The notes below the pieces were generated by a model, which saw only the letters and a program-made list of their open reading frames with translations, searched no databases and was not told where the DNA came from. Below, piece by piece: positions 43,064 to 53,290 of a DNA stretch of 64,000 nucleotides. This DNA comes from Methanobacteriota archaeon (lineage in GTDB: Archaea > Halobacteriota > Bog-38 > Methanoflorentales > Methanoflorentaceae): positions 1,728,001 to 1,792,000 of the forward strand of contig OY970393.1 of assembly GCA_963720465.1 (NCBI GenBank), in the 5' to 3' direction. The translations under genes and the position numbers were made by a program. How positions within the stretch are numbered: the first letter of the stretch is position 1; each line of letters starts with the position of its first letter.

Positions 43064-43243
43064 ATGGATAACGCTGTAGATAACCTGTTTGAGGCACTTT
43101 TCGCTCTCACTGACTTGCGAGTACTGCTGCGCGAGACCGCCCCCTTGCACAAGTTGAGTGCGGAGCAACAGAAGCAAGCGCGAGAGACTCTCGCACGCGC
43201 AAAAGCCGCTTTGTCGAAGCTTGAAGAGGAGCTTCAAGAATGA
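43064..43243 (+). CDS. small helical SepCysS-associated protein (SepCysSn-like)
   Basis: 59-aa helical ORF with ATGA overlap onto pscS. Confidence 0.7.
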   Translation: MDNAVDNLFEALFALTDLRVLLRETAPLHKLSAEQQKQARETLARAKAALSKLEEELQE

Positions 43244-44412
43244 AGATCGCAGGGAATATACCAGTCCGTGAAGTCGAGGAGAACTTCATCAACATCCAGC
43301 CGATCCAAGCCGCAGGCCGTTTGACCGCAGAGGCGATGAAGGCGCTCATCGCCTACGGCGACGGTTACTCGACGTGTGACCAGTGCCGCAAGCCTTTTAG
43401 ACTCGATAAGATTACTAAGCCGCCAATCGCCGAATTCCACAGCGATCTCGCCAGGTTCCTAAATATGGATGAAGCTCGCGTCACGCCGGGGGCGCGCCGC
43501 GCCTTTCAAGCAGTTTGCCTTGCGCTTGTGGAAAAAGGCGACGCGGTTTTGGTCTCAGCGCTCGGACACTACACCGAGTTCCTCGCGGTTGAGAATGCAA
43601 AGGCCACCGTGCGCGAAGTCCCCACAAATGATCTTAGTATCGTCACGGGCGACGCCGTCGCGCAAAAAATCGAAGAAGTGACGCGCGAACAGGGCAAATC
43701 GCCCGTCCTCGTGATGCTCGATCACTTCGACTACTCTCTCGCGAACGAGCATGACGTCGCCGGAGCGGCAAAGGCAGCGCACGAATACGACATTCCCATC
43801 TTGTACAATGGCGCGTATACCGTTGGCATAAAACCCGTTGACGGTAAGGCGCTCGGCGTAGACTTTGTTGTGGGAAGCGGGCACAAGTCAATGGCGTCGC
43901 CTGCGCCGAGCGGCGTGTTGGCAACGACGAGCGAGTACGCGGATACGGTCTTCAGCACCACGCAGATGATTGGCGATGTTACTGGGCGGCAGTTTGGCGT
44001 TAAGGAGATCCAGATGCTCGGCTGCACGCTTATGGGCGGCAACATTCTTGCGATGATGGCATCTTTTCCGACAGTGAAGCGTCGCGTCGAGGAATGGAAC
44101 GAGTACGTCACGAAGTCGAACTACGTTGTCGATGCGCTCCTAGGCATAAAGGGGAATACGTGCGTTAGCGAATACCCACGCAAGCATACTTTGAGCAAGG
44201 TAGATACGACTAGAAGTTTTGATACCGTAGCGCGGACCCATAAGCGGCGAGGCTTTTTCTTGAGCGACGAACTGAAGCAGCGGGGCATTGTTGGCGCTTT
44301 TTCTGGGGCGACCCGGGCGTGGAAGCTCAACACGTATGGCTTAAGTTGGGACCAGATAGGCTACGTAGCTGATGCATTCAAGGAAATAGCTGGGAAGCAC
44401 GGATTGTTGTAG
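43240..44412 (+). CDS. pscS: O-phospho-L-seryl-tRNA:Cys-tRNA synthase (SepCysS)
   Basis: INIQPIQAAGRL, YGDGYSTCD, GSGHKSMA, LGCT. Confidence 0.96.
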   Translation: MKIAGNIPVREVEENFINIQPIQAAGRLTAEAMKALIAYGDGYSTCDQCRKPFRLDKITKPPIAEFHSDLARFLNMDEARVTPGARRAFQAVCLALVEKGDAVLVSALGHYTEFLAVENAKATVREVPTNDLSIVTGDAVAQKIEEVTREQGKSPVLVMLDHFDYSLANEHDVAGAAKAAHEYDIPILYNGAYTVGIKPVDGKALGVDFVVGSGHKSMASPAPSGVLATTSEYADTVFSTTQMIGDVTGRQFGVKEIQMLGCTLMGGNILAMMASFPTVKRRVEEWNEYVTKSNYVVDALLGIKGNTCVSEYPRKHTLSKVDTTRSFDTVARTHKRRGFFLSDELKQRGIVGAFSGATRAWKLNTYGLSWDQIGYVADAFKEIAGKHGLL

Positions 44413-44460
44413 CGACGGCGGCGAGCTTCGGTCTAGGCGCACACGCCATGGATCAAGGGT

Positions 44461-44838
44461 CTATGGTTTTGCTTGCACAGAGTGCAATCTACTTTTAAAC
44501 AACTGGTGTAGTTTTTCCGCGCCAACGATCTCTTGCTGGTCTAAACCACGTTCGGCAGTATACAACACGAATGGCTTACACTGGGTACAGCCCAACCTCT
44601 CGTGACTGCCGATCAACTCCTCAAACGCAGCGACCTTATCGTTGGTGGGGTCGTAGACGCTGTTGACCAAAATGTCCGGGACATAACGAAAGCCGTCAGT
44701 ACCAAGGCAAGTGCTGCAGCAAAACTGTGACGCTGAGTCCGGGAACAAATGTACCAGGAGGAGGAGAAAGGCCTCGCCGATCCAAATCACCAACGTTCGA
44801 TAGATGGGGCGCAAGCAGGGCGGTAGCTTGCTGCTCAC
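44461..44838 (-). pseudogene. collapsed remnant of a holin-like membrane/alkaline-phosphatase-superfamily gene
   Basis: N-terminal RTLVIWIGEA joined to C-terminal PDILVNSVYDP..AFEELIGSH..IVGAE. Confidence 0.55.
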
Positions 44839-45699
44839 TATAAACCCCCCCTCCTTGCTCACCAACGTAAATACTGTAATTTCCGGCGGGCAATTAATCC
44901 GTATCCAGAACACGTTGGTTCCGAGACCACGGCTGGTATACTGGACCATTTCCCCTATGCGATACCGACCAAGAGGGTATTTCTTGGCGTGCGGGCCTCT
45001 GACGAGCGTCCCGATGCCAGGGAAGATCAACTGTCCCCCGTGCGAATGCCCTGAGATCTGCAGGCTAAATCGCCCAGTCGTCGCGCTCACGTCAGCAAAG
45101 TCTGGCTCGTGGGCCAACAGGATTGCTGGGCCCGACGGCGGAAGCTTGGCGAGCACGACGTCCAAGCGATTTTTGTGGAGCGTAACGCTATCGACGCCCG
45201 CGATGTGTAGCGCTACATCTCCTCGATGAAGCGTATGAACATCGTTGCTCAGGTCGACGATACCGCTGCGCCGCAGTACCTCTCGAACGGTTGCTTCGCC
45301 GACCCAGTGGTCGTGATTCCCGAGGACCGCAACGCTCAGGTCCTTTGGGATAAGCTTACTCAGTGATGCCGCCATCTCTGCCGAAAGTCGGTCAACCTCG
45401 TAGGAGAAGAAATCACCAATAATGGCGACCAAGTCAGGACGCTGCTCGTTGATCAGGTCAATAACGCCGTCTAAACGCGCCGGTGTGATCCATTGGCCTA
45501 AATGGATATCGGCGATGCTTACAATCTTATATCCGTGGAACGCGGGGCTCAAATTGGGAATGACCACCGACACCTGCTCAATCTGAAAGGCGCTACGCTC
45601 GAACTGATCCATTCCTATTTGTTCTGACAACGTCGTCATTGCCAATTGCAGGTTCCGCCTGAAAGCGTGACGTCTTACGCGGCGCGGCTTCATCATCAT
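44838..45699 (-). CDS. metallophosphoesterase (YkuE-like), reading through into the downstream remnant
   Basis: DIH, GD, GNHD, AHEPD, GHSHGGQ, SRGLG..CPPEI. Confidence 0.9.
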
Positions 45700-46010
45700 C
45701 CTCCTTGCCCTACTCGCCGTGCGTTGACGACGACCGCTATATCAAAGGGTCCGATGTAATAAGGGCATTTTCGGGTTTTTTGGTGCATTGGCGATCACAC
45801 AAACGGATGGTTTAGAAGAAGAAAAGATGCCGGGACTCTATAGACTGAGTTCAATCTTGCGGTTTTCGTCTTGCTGGACATTGTCTTAGATCTGCAGCGT
45901 TTTGTTAGACATTGAATGTTGGAGGTCCGTAACGGAACGCGCCAGCTGGCAATATCAATCCCCTCTTAAGCCATCGCCCCAATCGAAACCTCCATTGAAA
46001 GCCCTCTCGG

Positions 46011-47460
46011 TTAAAGCAAAGCTGAAAATAGGCGTGAGATCGACTCCTTCAGTTTAATGGTTACAGGACGCTTTACATAACGTTGCGGGGTAAGCTCGGT
46101 ACAAACGTTCAGGTCTTTGGTGAACGCGTCTTTTAACCCTCGCGCAACAGGGGTATCATAAATAATTGCATTCGTCTCAAAGTTGAGACCGAAGCTTCGC
46201 AAATCCCAGTTTGCACTCCCGACAGACGCGGCCACTTCGTCGACCACGATCGTCTTTGCGTGAAGGAACCCGTTGTCATAGGTGTACGCCCGAATGCCCG
46301 AGTCGAGCAGCTGTCCAAGGAAGGAAAGTCCTGCCCAATAGACGAAGGGATGATCTGGTCGGTTTGGAATCATAATACGAACGTCAAGGCCAGAAAGTGC
46401 TGCAATTCGGAGTGCGTCGCGAACACTGTCGTCAGGGACGAAATATGGGGTCTGAATATAAATGGTATCTGTTGCAGAGTTAATCATCTTCAGCTAGGAC
46501 TCCTTGATTGGGTTCCAATAGGTGTCGGGCCCGCCTGAGACGATTTGGACGCACGCCCCATCGGACGTGGAGTTGTCAGGGAAATAGCGGTGCTCGAAGT
46601 CTAGGTGCCGCCCCTTTGTTGCATAGTTCCAATCGAAGAAAAAGCGTAGCTGGCACAATAAAACCGCCGATCCGGCGATTCGCACGGCGGCATCGCGCCA
46701 GTATCCCCATTTCCTGACCTTTCCGAGGTACTCATCGCCGATGTTGAATCCGCCGACGAAGCCGATTTTTCCATCGATGACAGCAATTTTTCGATGATTC
46801 CTGAAATTGGACCGTAGATTTACGGACCGCACCAGAGAAGGGAAAAAGAATGCAACCTGCCCTCCGGCGCGCTTAAAGTCGTCAAAAAAATGTATCGGGA
46901 GGCGGGCACATCCAAGCCCATCGCACAGGAGCTTGACCTCAACTCCTGCTCGCGCGCGCTCTGTAAGCGCTTCTCGCATCTCGCGGCTGAGCGCGTCATT
47001 CCTCCAGATGTAGTACTCGAGATGGATATGGTCGTGCGCTCCATTGATCGCGGCAATCAGATCAGAGAATTTCTCAGTCCCGTCTGTGTACACTTTAATC
47101 TGGTTGTCAGTAGTGAGTATCGAACCGCTGTCTTCGACAAGCATCAGCACCATACGACGGAACGCGACAGAAAGATGCGCCGTGGCAGGGATCTCGCTTG
47201 CTTTCAGCTCGTTTTTCTGCAATTCGACGAGGCTCGTGAAGGCCGTATCCGCGTCTTGCTTGATCCGAAACATCTTTTTTTTGCGATAGTTCTGGCCGAG
47301 GAAAATATACAGAACAAACCCTACAACGGGTAAGAAGAAAAGGACCAACAGCCAGGCCCAGACAGTGGCCGGATTTTTCCTCTCAAAAAAGACAATGGGT
47401 AATGGCGAAAAGAAGATCCGAAACAAGAATGGCGATCAGTACGAGGTCAGTGATACTCAT
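46011..47460 (-). pseudogene. cls: cardiolipin synthase, interrupted
   Basis: Two HKD motifs (NHRKIAVID, LHAKTIVVD); +1 frameshift near 47398 and in-frame TAG at 46494. Confidence 0.92.
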
Positions 47461-47739
47461 GTTTTCTTCCTAGTCCGCGGTGGCGCGCGTCGCCAGTTTG
47501 AATGTTTTCAGAGCATCCTCTTTGAATGTGTTCATGCCACGCTGCTCGCCGCGCAGTGGCAGCTCCGCAGTGAGTCTGGCGTGAGTCTGACAGCGCCCAC
47601 ATTTTGCTAGGAGGCTGGTCCTCAGGGCATTTCAGCCCCACCATCATTTCCGACTGGACCGGCCCAAGCCGCTGAAGCTGCTTCAGCATTACTGCTTGGT
47701 GAGCTTGATTTAGGGAGGGTTGACTCCGTCATTCAACAG

Positions 47740-48261
47740 CTACGGTCGCTCGAGGAAGTGAGCAACTTCCGCTCCGAATTTGCGCGCGCTTTGTTTATCA
47801 AGCTTGTTGACTTTTGTAATCGGTACCCCCATAAGCCTAGCAAAATCCTTTATGAGCTTCCTGTCCGTATCGGAGAGCTTGTTAACGTCGAGATATCCTC
47901 CAAACACCTCGATTGCTCGAACGCGCCCTGTAGCGCGCTCTTGCAAGTCTGCCACGTACCGGTACACGAGTTCCTCTTTAGGCACTGCCCAGTAGTCCAC
48001 ACAGACAACGAAAAGCGCCACGTCTTTGTCGTTTAAGTGATCGCTGTTCGCGGCAAGGAAGTTCAGCACGCTGGGCAGTGGGTGTTCTTCGTAAATCGGA
48101 GAGCCGATCACGATCAAGTCGAAACCGCGGGGGTCAGCTTCGGCGACGTTCTGTACTGCCACGTCGACGTGTCCTTTGCTCGCTGCTCCTTCAGCTATCC
48201 ACCGAGCAATGGTTTTCGTAGAGCCGTATCGCGTATCGTAAATGATTAGAACGCGAGCCAT
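47740..48261 (-). CDS. flavodoxin domain protein (HemG-like)
   Basis: YDTRYGSTK, IGSPIY, FGGYLD. Confidence 0.88.
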   Translation of the reverse strand: MARVLIIYDTRYGSTKTIARWIAEGAASKGHVDVAVQNVAEADPRGFDLIVIGSPIYEEHPLPSVLNFLAANSDHLNDKDVALFVVCVDYWAVPKEELVYRYVADLQERATGRVRAIEVFGGYLDVNKLSDTDRKLIKDFARLMGVPITKVNKLDKQSARKFGAEVAHFLERP

Positions 48262-48297
48262 GCTGCCCGTTACACCGTCTGGCATGAGTTCCAAGAA

Positions 48298-48873
48298 TCA
48301 CGTGTGCAGCTTTTTGAGGAGCCACGCGATGTTTTTGCCAAGGGTGGTCATCGTAGCCATGCCTTCAGCGTCATTTTCTGCTGCACCGATAGCATGGCCG
48401 ATACCGATGTTCCAGTAACTCGAACCGGGAACGATCATTTGACCAATGAAGAAGAAATGATTGATCGAGTCGAATGCGTGAATGGCGCCAGCGCGTCGCA
48501 TCGTTATGACTGCAGCGCCGACTTTACGCTGAAACATATCGCCGTTGGCCCGCGCTACCATCCCAGCGCGGTCAATGAGCGCTTTGAGTTCGGGCGTTAT
48601 ATCAGCGAAGTACGTCGGCGAACCTAAGATGATCCCATCTGCGTGCAGCATCTTGGCAATGTACTCGTTTACCGCGTCATCAGTCACGACGCAGCACTGG
48701 TCACGAGTCTCGAAACACTCCGAACACGCGATGCAGCCTCGAATTCGTGTTCCTGCGAGCTGAACGAGTTCGGTCTCAATACCTTCTCGTTCAAGTTCGC
48801 GCAGCGCCTGCTTAATGAGAATGGCGGTGTTGCCATCCTTGCGGGCACTGCCGTTAAAAGCGATAACCTTCAC
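48298..48873 (-). CDS. iron-sulfur flavoprotein (Isf) / NADPH-dependent FMN reductase family
   Basis: GSARKDGNT, CIACSEC.....CC, GSPTYF. Confidence 0.93.
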   Translation of the reverse strand: MKVIAFNGSARKDGNTAILIKQALRELEREGIETELVQLAGTRIRGCIACSECFETRDQCCVVTDDAVNEYIAKMLHADGIILGSPTYFADITPELKALIDRAGMVARANGDMFQRKVGAAVITMRRAGAIHAFDSINHFFFIGQMIVPGSSYWNIGIGHAIGAAENDAEGMATMTTLGKNIAWLLKKLHT

Positions 48874-49157
48874 TGAAATACCCCTCGTTGCTTGAAACTA
48901 AATTGAACGATCTTTGTTACAGCGAATGCAAATCATTTTTATAATTGTTGCGCTGATTTTTGCAGCCCTTCGCTGCGCAGCCTGTGCGTCTGTTTGTCAA
49001 AGAAGTAGTACGAAGTGTTCAAAAACTGTTCAAGTGCTTGAGCGAAACTGCGGCGGCTGTCAGTTCGTGCTCCTGCTTCTCCGTGCTGAAAAGCGTAAAT
49101 TATCCTATAGTGGCATCTCTTCTAACGAAATGCAACCTTCACCACCGTTGTCTGCTA

Positions 49158-49313
49158 CTAGCTCGAAATGGGCTTGTCTGCACACCACGCGTCGTCCTTT
49201 ACCGTGTGGTCATTCCTTGCTATACAAAACGGACACAGACTGTAACCGTTGAAAGGATTCATTCGTACTGGCTTGCCGCAACGGGTACATATTAACATTT
49301 CTGCCTCGGTCAT
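49158..49313 (-). CDS. small zinc-finger protein
   Basis: CTRCG...CPFC; GAGGGG upstream. Confidence 0.5.
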   Translation of the reverse strand: MTEAEMLICTRCGKPVRMNPFNGYSLCPFCIARNDHTVKDDAWCADKPISS

Positions 49314-49666
49314 GTTAGTGGCCCCTCTGTCCTTGCGAAATCCGAATTTTGTGGATGACGTTCTACGCCATTCTTCGCATTTAAGCTTTTCGAAATTCAG
49401 TTGTTTCGCGTCGTAAAACGCCAACCGAGGCGTTCTGAAAGCCCTCAACCAGTTTTTTCAACTAAATGTGATTTTTTGAAAGAATGAACTCCACTGTGCC
49501 GCGCTTTGGTTTAAACTTCAAATGCAAAGAGCATTGATGATTGCTTAACACGCCATCTAATCCGATCCACGCGCTGCCGCGAACGGGGCTAGCAAAGCTG
49601 CTATCGTGGTCTGAGCGAAGAGCTCAGACTCTGTGAAGTCCTGTATATATACGACGGATCTGATAC

Positions 49667-50872
49667 ATGCGTACCAAGGAAACATTTCGAGGAGCGGGTT
49701 TGCTCAAGAGTGCAGCTAGGATCCCACGCGCCACGTGCCGGCTCTTCGGCACAATAAAGGCTATAGGCAACATCAAAGACAGCGTCATTCTCGTCCACGG
49801 CCCGAAGGGCTGCGTTTATCACATTAACTACATACTCGGGATGCGGGGCGACAAGACATCCAACGTCTATTCGACCTGTATGGATGAAAACGACGTCATT
49901 TTTGGCGCCGCGGAGAAACTTAAAAGCGCAATCGCCGAATTAGATCGCGAGTTTAACCCCGCGCTTATCGCCGTGCTGTCGTGCTGCGCTTCCAGTATTA
50001 TCGGTGAAGACGTTGAAAGCGTCGTGAGAGAAGTTCAGACGAATGCAAAGGTGCTTGGAATCGATTCAGGAGGCTTTGAAGGTGATTACCGATCCGGCTA
50101 TAGCGAGACGCTTAAGCGACTCGTTGAAGTGCTCGTAGAGCCGCCACGGGCGCGTGATGAGCTGTCGGTGAATCTGATTGGCCTGCTGAGGGCAGGTCCC
50201 GATCTTAAAGAGCTCAAGCATACCTTGGCGCTCATCGGCGTCCGTGTCAATGCGGTGCTCACTGCGGGTGCCACGGTGCGCCAGATCGAGCATATCGCCT
50301 CAGCGAGATTGAACGTCGTCGTCTGCGAGGCCACAGGCAAGAATGCTGCTGAGCAGTTGGAGGAGCAGTTCGATATGCCGTACATCATCGAAGAACTTCC
50401 TATCGGGCATCAGGCAACGAGGCGGTTTCTGGCGCGCGTAGCCGACGCGCTTGGCACGTCAGTGGATCTGGACGCCCTGTGTCCGGCGCAGGCCGCAGTT
50501 CCTACCGTCGTCGAGAGGCGCGTCGCGGTGATCGGCGGTCCTACGCGCGCAATCGCCGTCACAAACTTCCTAAAGGAGTGCGGTATCGAACCAACGCTGA
50601 TTGTATCCGACTTTGACGTTAATACGGCAGCACGGCTGAGCGGGCTCGTCAGTGAGCGCTGCGAGGTACTCATCGCTCCCGAGCACGAGACCATCCTGGA
50701 ACGATGCAAAGCGCAGCGCGTTGATTTGATCGTGGGTGGCATGCTCGAACGCCCAATCGCATCGAGTCTCGGAGCCGAACATCTCGACATCATGCACGGG
50801 AGCGAAAAAACCGTCGGGTTTGCCGGCGCCGACGCACTGCTCAAACGGTTGCGGGGTGACAAAAAGCCGTGA
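49667..50872 (+). CDS. nitrogenase component-1-like oxidoreductase (NifD/NifE-like); start may be TTG 49700
   Basis: ATCRLFG, HGPKGC, DVIFG, SCCASSIIGEDV, ARLNVVVC, MH..VGFAG. Confidence 0.92.
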   Translation: MRTKETFRGAGLLKSAARIPRATCRLFGTIKAIGNIKDSVILVHGPKGCVYHINYILGMRGDKTSNVYSTCMDENDVIFGAAEKLKSAIAELDREFNPALIAVLSCCASSIIGEDVESVVREVQTNAKVLGIDSGGFEGDYRSGYSETLKRLVEVLVEPPRARDELSVNLIGLLRAGPDLKELKHTLALIGVRVNAVLTAGATVRQIEHIASARLNVVVCEATGKNAAEQLEEQFDMPYIIEELPIGHQATRRFLARVADALGTSVDLDALCPAQAAVPTVVERRVAVIGGPTRAIAVTNFLKECGIEPTLIVSDFDVNTAARLSGLVSERCEVLIAPEHETILERCKAQRVDLIVGGMLERPIASSLGAEHLDIMHGSEKTVGFAGADALLKRLRGDKKP

Positions 50873-51360
50873 TCACAGAAGGATGCTTGGTGAAAAGTAA
50901 GGAAATCCGTGGGACGGTCGGCGCGGTCATCCCGTATAATAAGTGCGTGTGTGCGCTAACTGCAGGTCACGTCATTGGCTACGGCCACGGGGCGGTCGGC
51001 ACGAAAGTTGTCGTGGACGGGCACGATGGCACCGTCGTTCACCTGCTCAATGACTACGATCTAGCGCTAATCGATGTCCCTCCTGAGCACGCGACGTTCT
51101 CTGCAATAGGGCGTGCCCGTTTCGGGCCGGCGGAGCTCATCACGTATGATCGGCGCATCGAATGCCGAGTTGTCGACACCGGGCGAAACCTCAACCGGTT
51201 CGCATTTCCATGCGCGGATATGCCGCTGCCAGGAGACAGCGGAGCGCCGATCGTGCAGGAGGGGAAGGTCATCGCGCTACTTTCATCAATCTTGTATAAC
51301 AACTGCACCGGTCTCGGCATATCCTCTGAGGTCTTCGGCAATCCCTCGCGTTTGAAATAG
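50869..51360 (+). CDS. trypsin-like (PA clan) serine protease, no signal peptide
   Basis: Catalytic triad motifs LTAGH, YDLALI, GDSGAP; GTGA overlap. Confidence 0.85.
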   Translation: MITEGCLVKSKEIRGTVGAVIPYNKCVCALTAGHVIGYGHGAVGTKVVVDGHDGTVVHLLNDYDLALIDVPPEHATFSAIGRARFGPAELITYDRRIECRVVDTGRNLNRFAFPCADMPLPGDSGAPIVQEGKVIALLSSILYNNCTGLGISSEVFGNPSRLK

Positions 51361-51374
51361 CCAAGTGAAGCGCA

Positions 51375-52349
51375 CTACACCTTCGGCCCAGAAGCAGCTA
51401 AGTGCTCGTATCCTTCGGCCTCGAGCTCCTGCACGACTCCGTCCACGTCTAGCTGCATCCCAAACTCGATAACTGAGCCGATTATGGTGTAAGGAATCGG
51501 GATGGCCTCAAGTCGCTCGCGTTTCGCTGTGAACAACAGTTCATAATCACCGCCTCGGTATATTGCGAGCGTTAACTCGTCAGACCGGTCGCGGCTCACC
51601 GATTTTGCGGCGTCACTCACGGGCAGATCAGCTGCGTGTAGGCAAAAGCCGCAATTGCTTGCCGTCGACAGCTCATACAAGGAGAGACTGAGCCCGTCGC
51701 TCGTGTCGATGAGAGCGGTCACCGCACCAGAGGCGGCGAGCGCTTGGCCGTACGCAATTCTTGGCTGGGGCTCGAACAGTTTTTTAAGGGCACGTTCGCG
51801 CAAGGGGTGGTCTGCGTAGCTACTGTCGAGCAACATCCGCACGCCTGCGGCAGCGAGGCCTAGTCCGCCTGTGACGCAAACAGCGTTCCCGAGTTTCGCG
51901 CCGGCTCGCGTCAGCATCTTGTCCTGCTGCACACGGCCTATGGCGGTGCCCACGAGCGTGAGTTCATCATGCTCATCTGTGTCGCCGCCGATAAGCATGG
52001 TTCCATTTTGCGTGCAGCACGCGTTGCAGCCACGCACGAGGTCAAGCGCAAATGCCACGTCCGCCTCGCGCGGAATTCCCACGGCCATCGTCACGCCAAG
52101 GGGGTCTGCACCCATCGCGGCGATATCGCTCAAGGTTGCGGCGGTGGACATCCACCCGATCTGATACCCAGTCATCTCGCGTGGGAAGTGCGTTTTTTTG
52201 TGCAACATATCGGTCGTGACGACCACAAAATGCTCATCGAAAGCTATTGCCGAACAATCGTCCGCGCCAGGACAAAGCACTGCCGTGCAGTCGATAAGTT
52301 CAGCTAACTGCTTCACGAGCGCCCGCTCACCAAGTTCGCCGACTTTCAC
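51375..52349 (-). CDS. thiL: thiamine-monophosphate kinase
   Basis: GE..L, DDC, TTDM, LSDIAAMG, GGDT, IDTSDGL, GGDYELLF. Confidence 0.95.
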   Translation of the reverse strand: MKVGELGERALVKQLAELIDCTAVLCPGADDCSAIAFDEHFVVVTTDMLHKKTHFPREMTGYQIGWMSTAATLSDIAAMGADPLGVTMAVGIPREADVAFALDLVRGCNACCTQNGTMLIGGDTDEHDELTLVGTAIGRVQQDKMLTRAGAKLGNAVCVTGGLGLAAAGVRMLLDSSYADHPLRERALKKLFEPQPRIAYGQALAASGAVTALIDTSDGLSLSLYELSTASNCGFCLHAADLPVSDAAKSVSRDRSDELTLAIYRGGDYELLFTAKRERLEAIPIPYTIIGSVIEFGMQLDVDGVVQELEAEGYEHLAASGPKV

Positions 52350-52424
52350 GCTTTATCACGTGAGCTTTTATAGCCAATAAGCGCTTCTACTCTTCTACGC
52401 AGTGGCGCTCTCAAGTTGATTTGT

Positions 52425-53285
52425 ATGCAGGTGTTCCCCGAATGCATCCCGTGCCTGACATCGCGGGTATTGTACGAGGCAAAGCTGTCAAGCACTGATC
52501 TCTCGACGCAGCTCAAAGCGGAAGAAGCGGCAGCGAAAACGATGTGTCGGGTGGGCTTCGAAGGCCCTATAGCGCTTCTTTCGACTGAGGTCCACAGGGC
52601 GGTGTACCGGGTACTTGGCGATGATGATCCCTACCGACACGTGAAACGACTCGCCAACGAGACCGCAGTAAAACTCTTGCCCACAGTGCAATCACTGATC
52701 CAAACGAGCAGTGATCCCTTTCGCAGCGCCGTAATCGCGGCAATTATTGGAAACACTTTCGATTTCGGCGTGCTCGGTTTTGAAGTGGTAACGGATAATT
52801 TTGAAAAGGAAGTCGCCACAATCTACCGACACGGGCTGGACATCGATGATACTGACGCGATCAAGCCACTCCTCAAAGACGTCGTTTACGTGGCTGATAA
52901 CGTCGGCGAGATCGTGTACGACGGATTGCTCATAGAACAAATGCGCAAGCTAGGGGCGCACGTCACCCTCGTCGTCCGCGGGGGACCCATCCTCACCGAT
53001 GCTACGATCGAAGACGTCTGGGAGTCCGGACTGGACAAGGTGGCCGATAGGGTCGTCACGACGGGTTCAAACGCGATCGGCATAAAACTCGACGAAATTC
53101 CGGCCACGTTAAGGGACATGTTGCCTCGTGCTTCGCTTATTATTGCCAAGGGGATGGCTAATTACGAAATGTTGTCAGAATATTCCTTCAAACCCGTCGC
53201 TTACTTGATGCGCGTGAAGTGCGCGCCTGTTGCAGAATCGGTGGAAGCTCGTGTGGGTGATTTCATTGCGAAGCTCGTGACATAA
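52425..53285 (+). CDS. DUF89/ARMT1-like damage-control phosphatase
   Basis: ECIPC, GNTFDFG, DNVGEI, KGMANYE. Confidence 0.92.
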   Translation: MQVFPECIPCLTSRVLYEAKLSSTDLSTQLKAEEAAAKTMCRVGFEGPIALLSTEVHRAVYRVLGDDDPYRHVKRLANETAVKLLPTVQSLIQTSSDPFRSAVIAAIIGNTFDFGVLGFEVVTDNFEKEVATIYRHGLDIDDTDAIKPLLKDVVYVADNVGEIVYDGLLIEQMRKLGAHVTLVVRGGPILTDATIEDVWESGLDKVADRVVTTGSNAIGIKLDEIPATLRDMLPRASLIIAKGMANYEMLSEYSFKPVAYLMRVKCAPVAESVEARVGDFIAKLVT

Positions 53286-53290
53286 AGGCT

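Noticed and set aside
44461-45699. Novel 412-aa two-domain phosphoesterase
   Set aside because: The fusion is explained by one extra G removing a TAG/GTG overlap, and the tail is a gene remnant
7393-46496. Genome-wide amber (pyrrolysine) recoding, suggested by in-frame TAGs at 7393, 37997 and 46494
   Set aside because: TAG ends many intact genes at expected positions (2944, 5343, 25530, 44412). The cls and GIN genes also carry frameshifts, TAA interruptions occur too, and no pyl genes are in the window.
49667-50872. Bona fide nitrogenase nifD or coenzyme F430 cfbD
   Set aside because: Shorter than NifD, no nifH/nifK/nifEN nearby, and lacks the CfbD-type HPRP N-terminus
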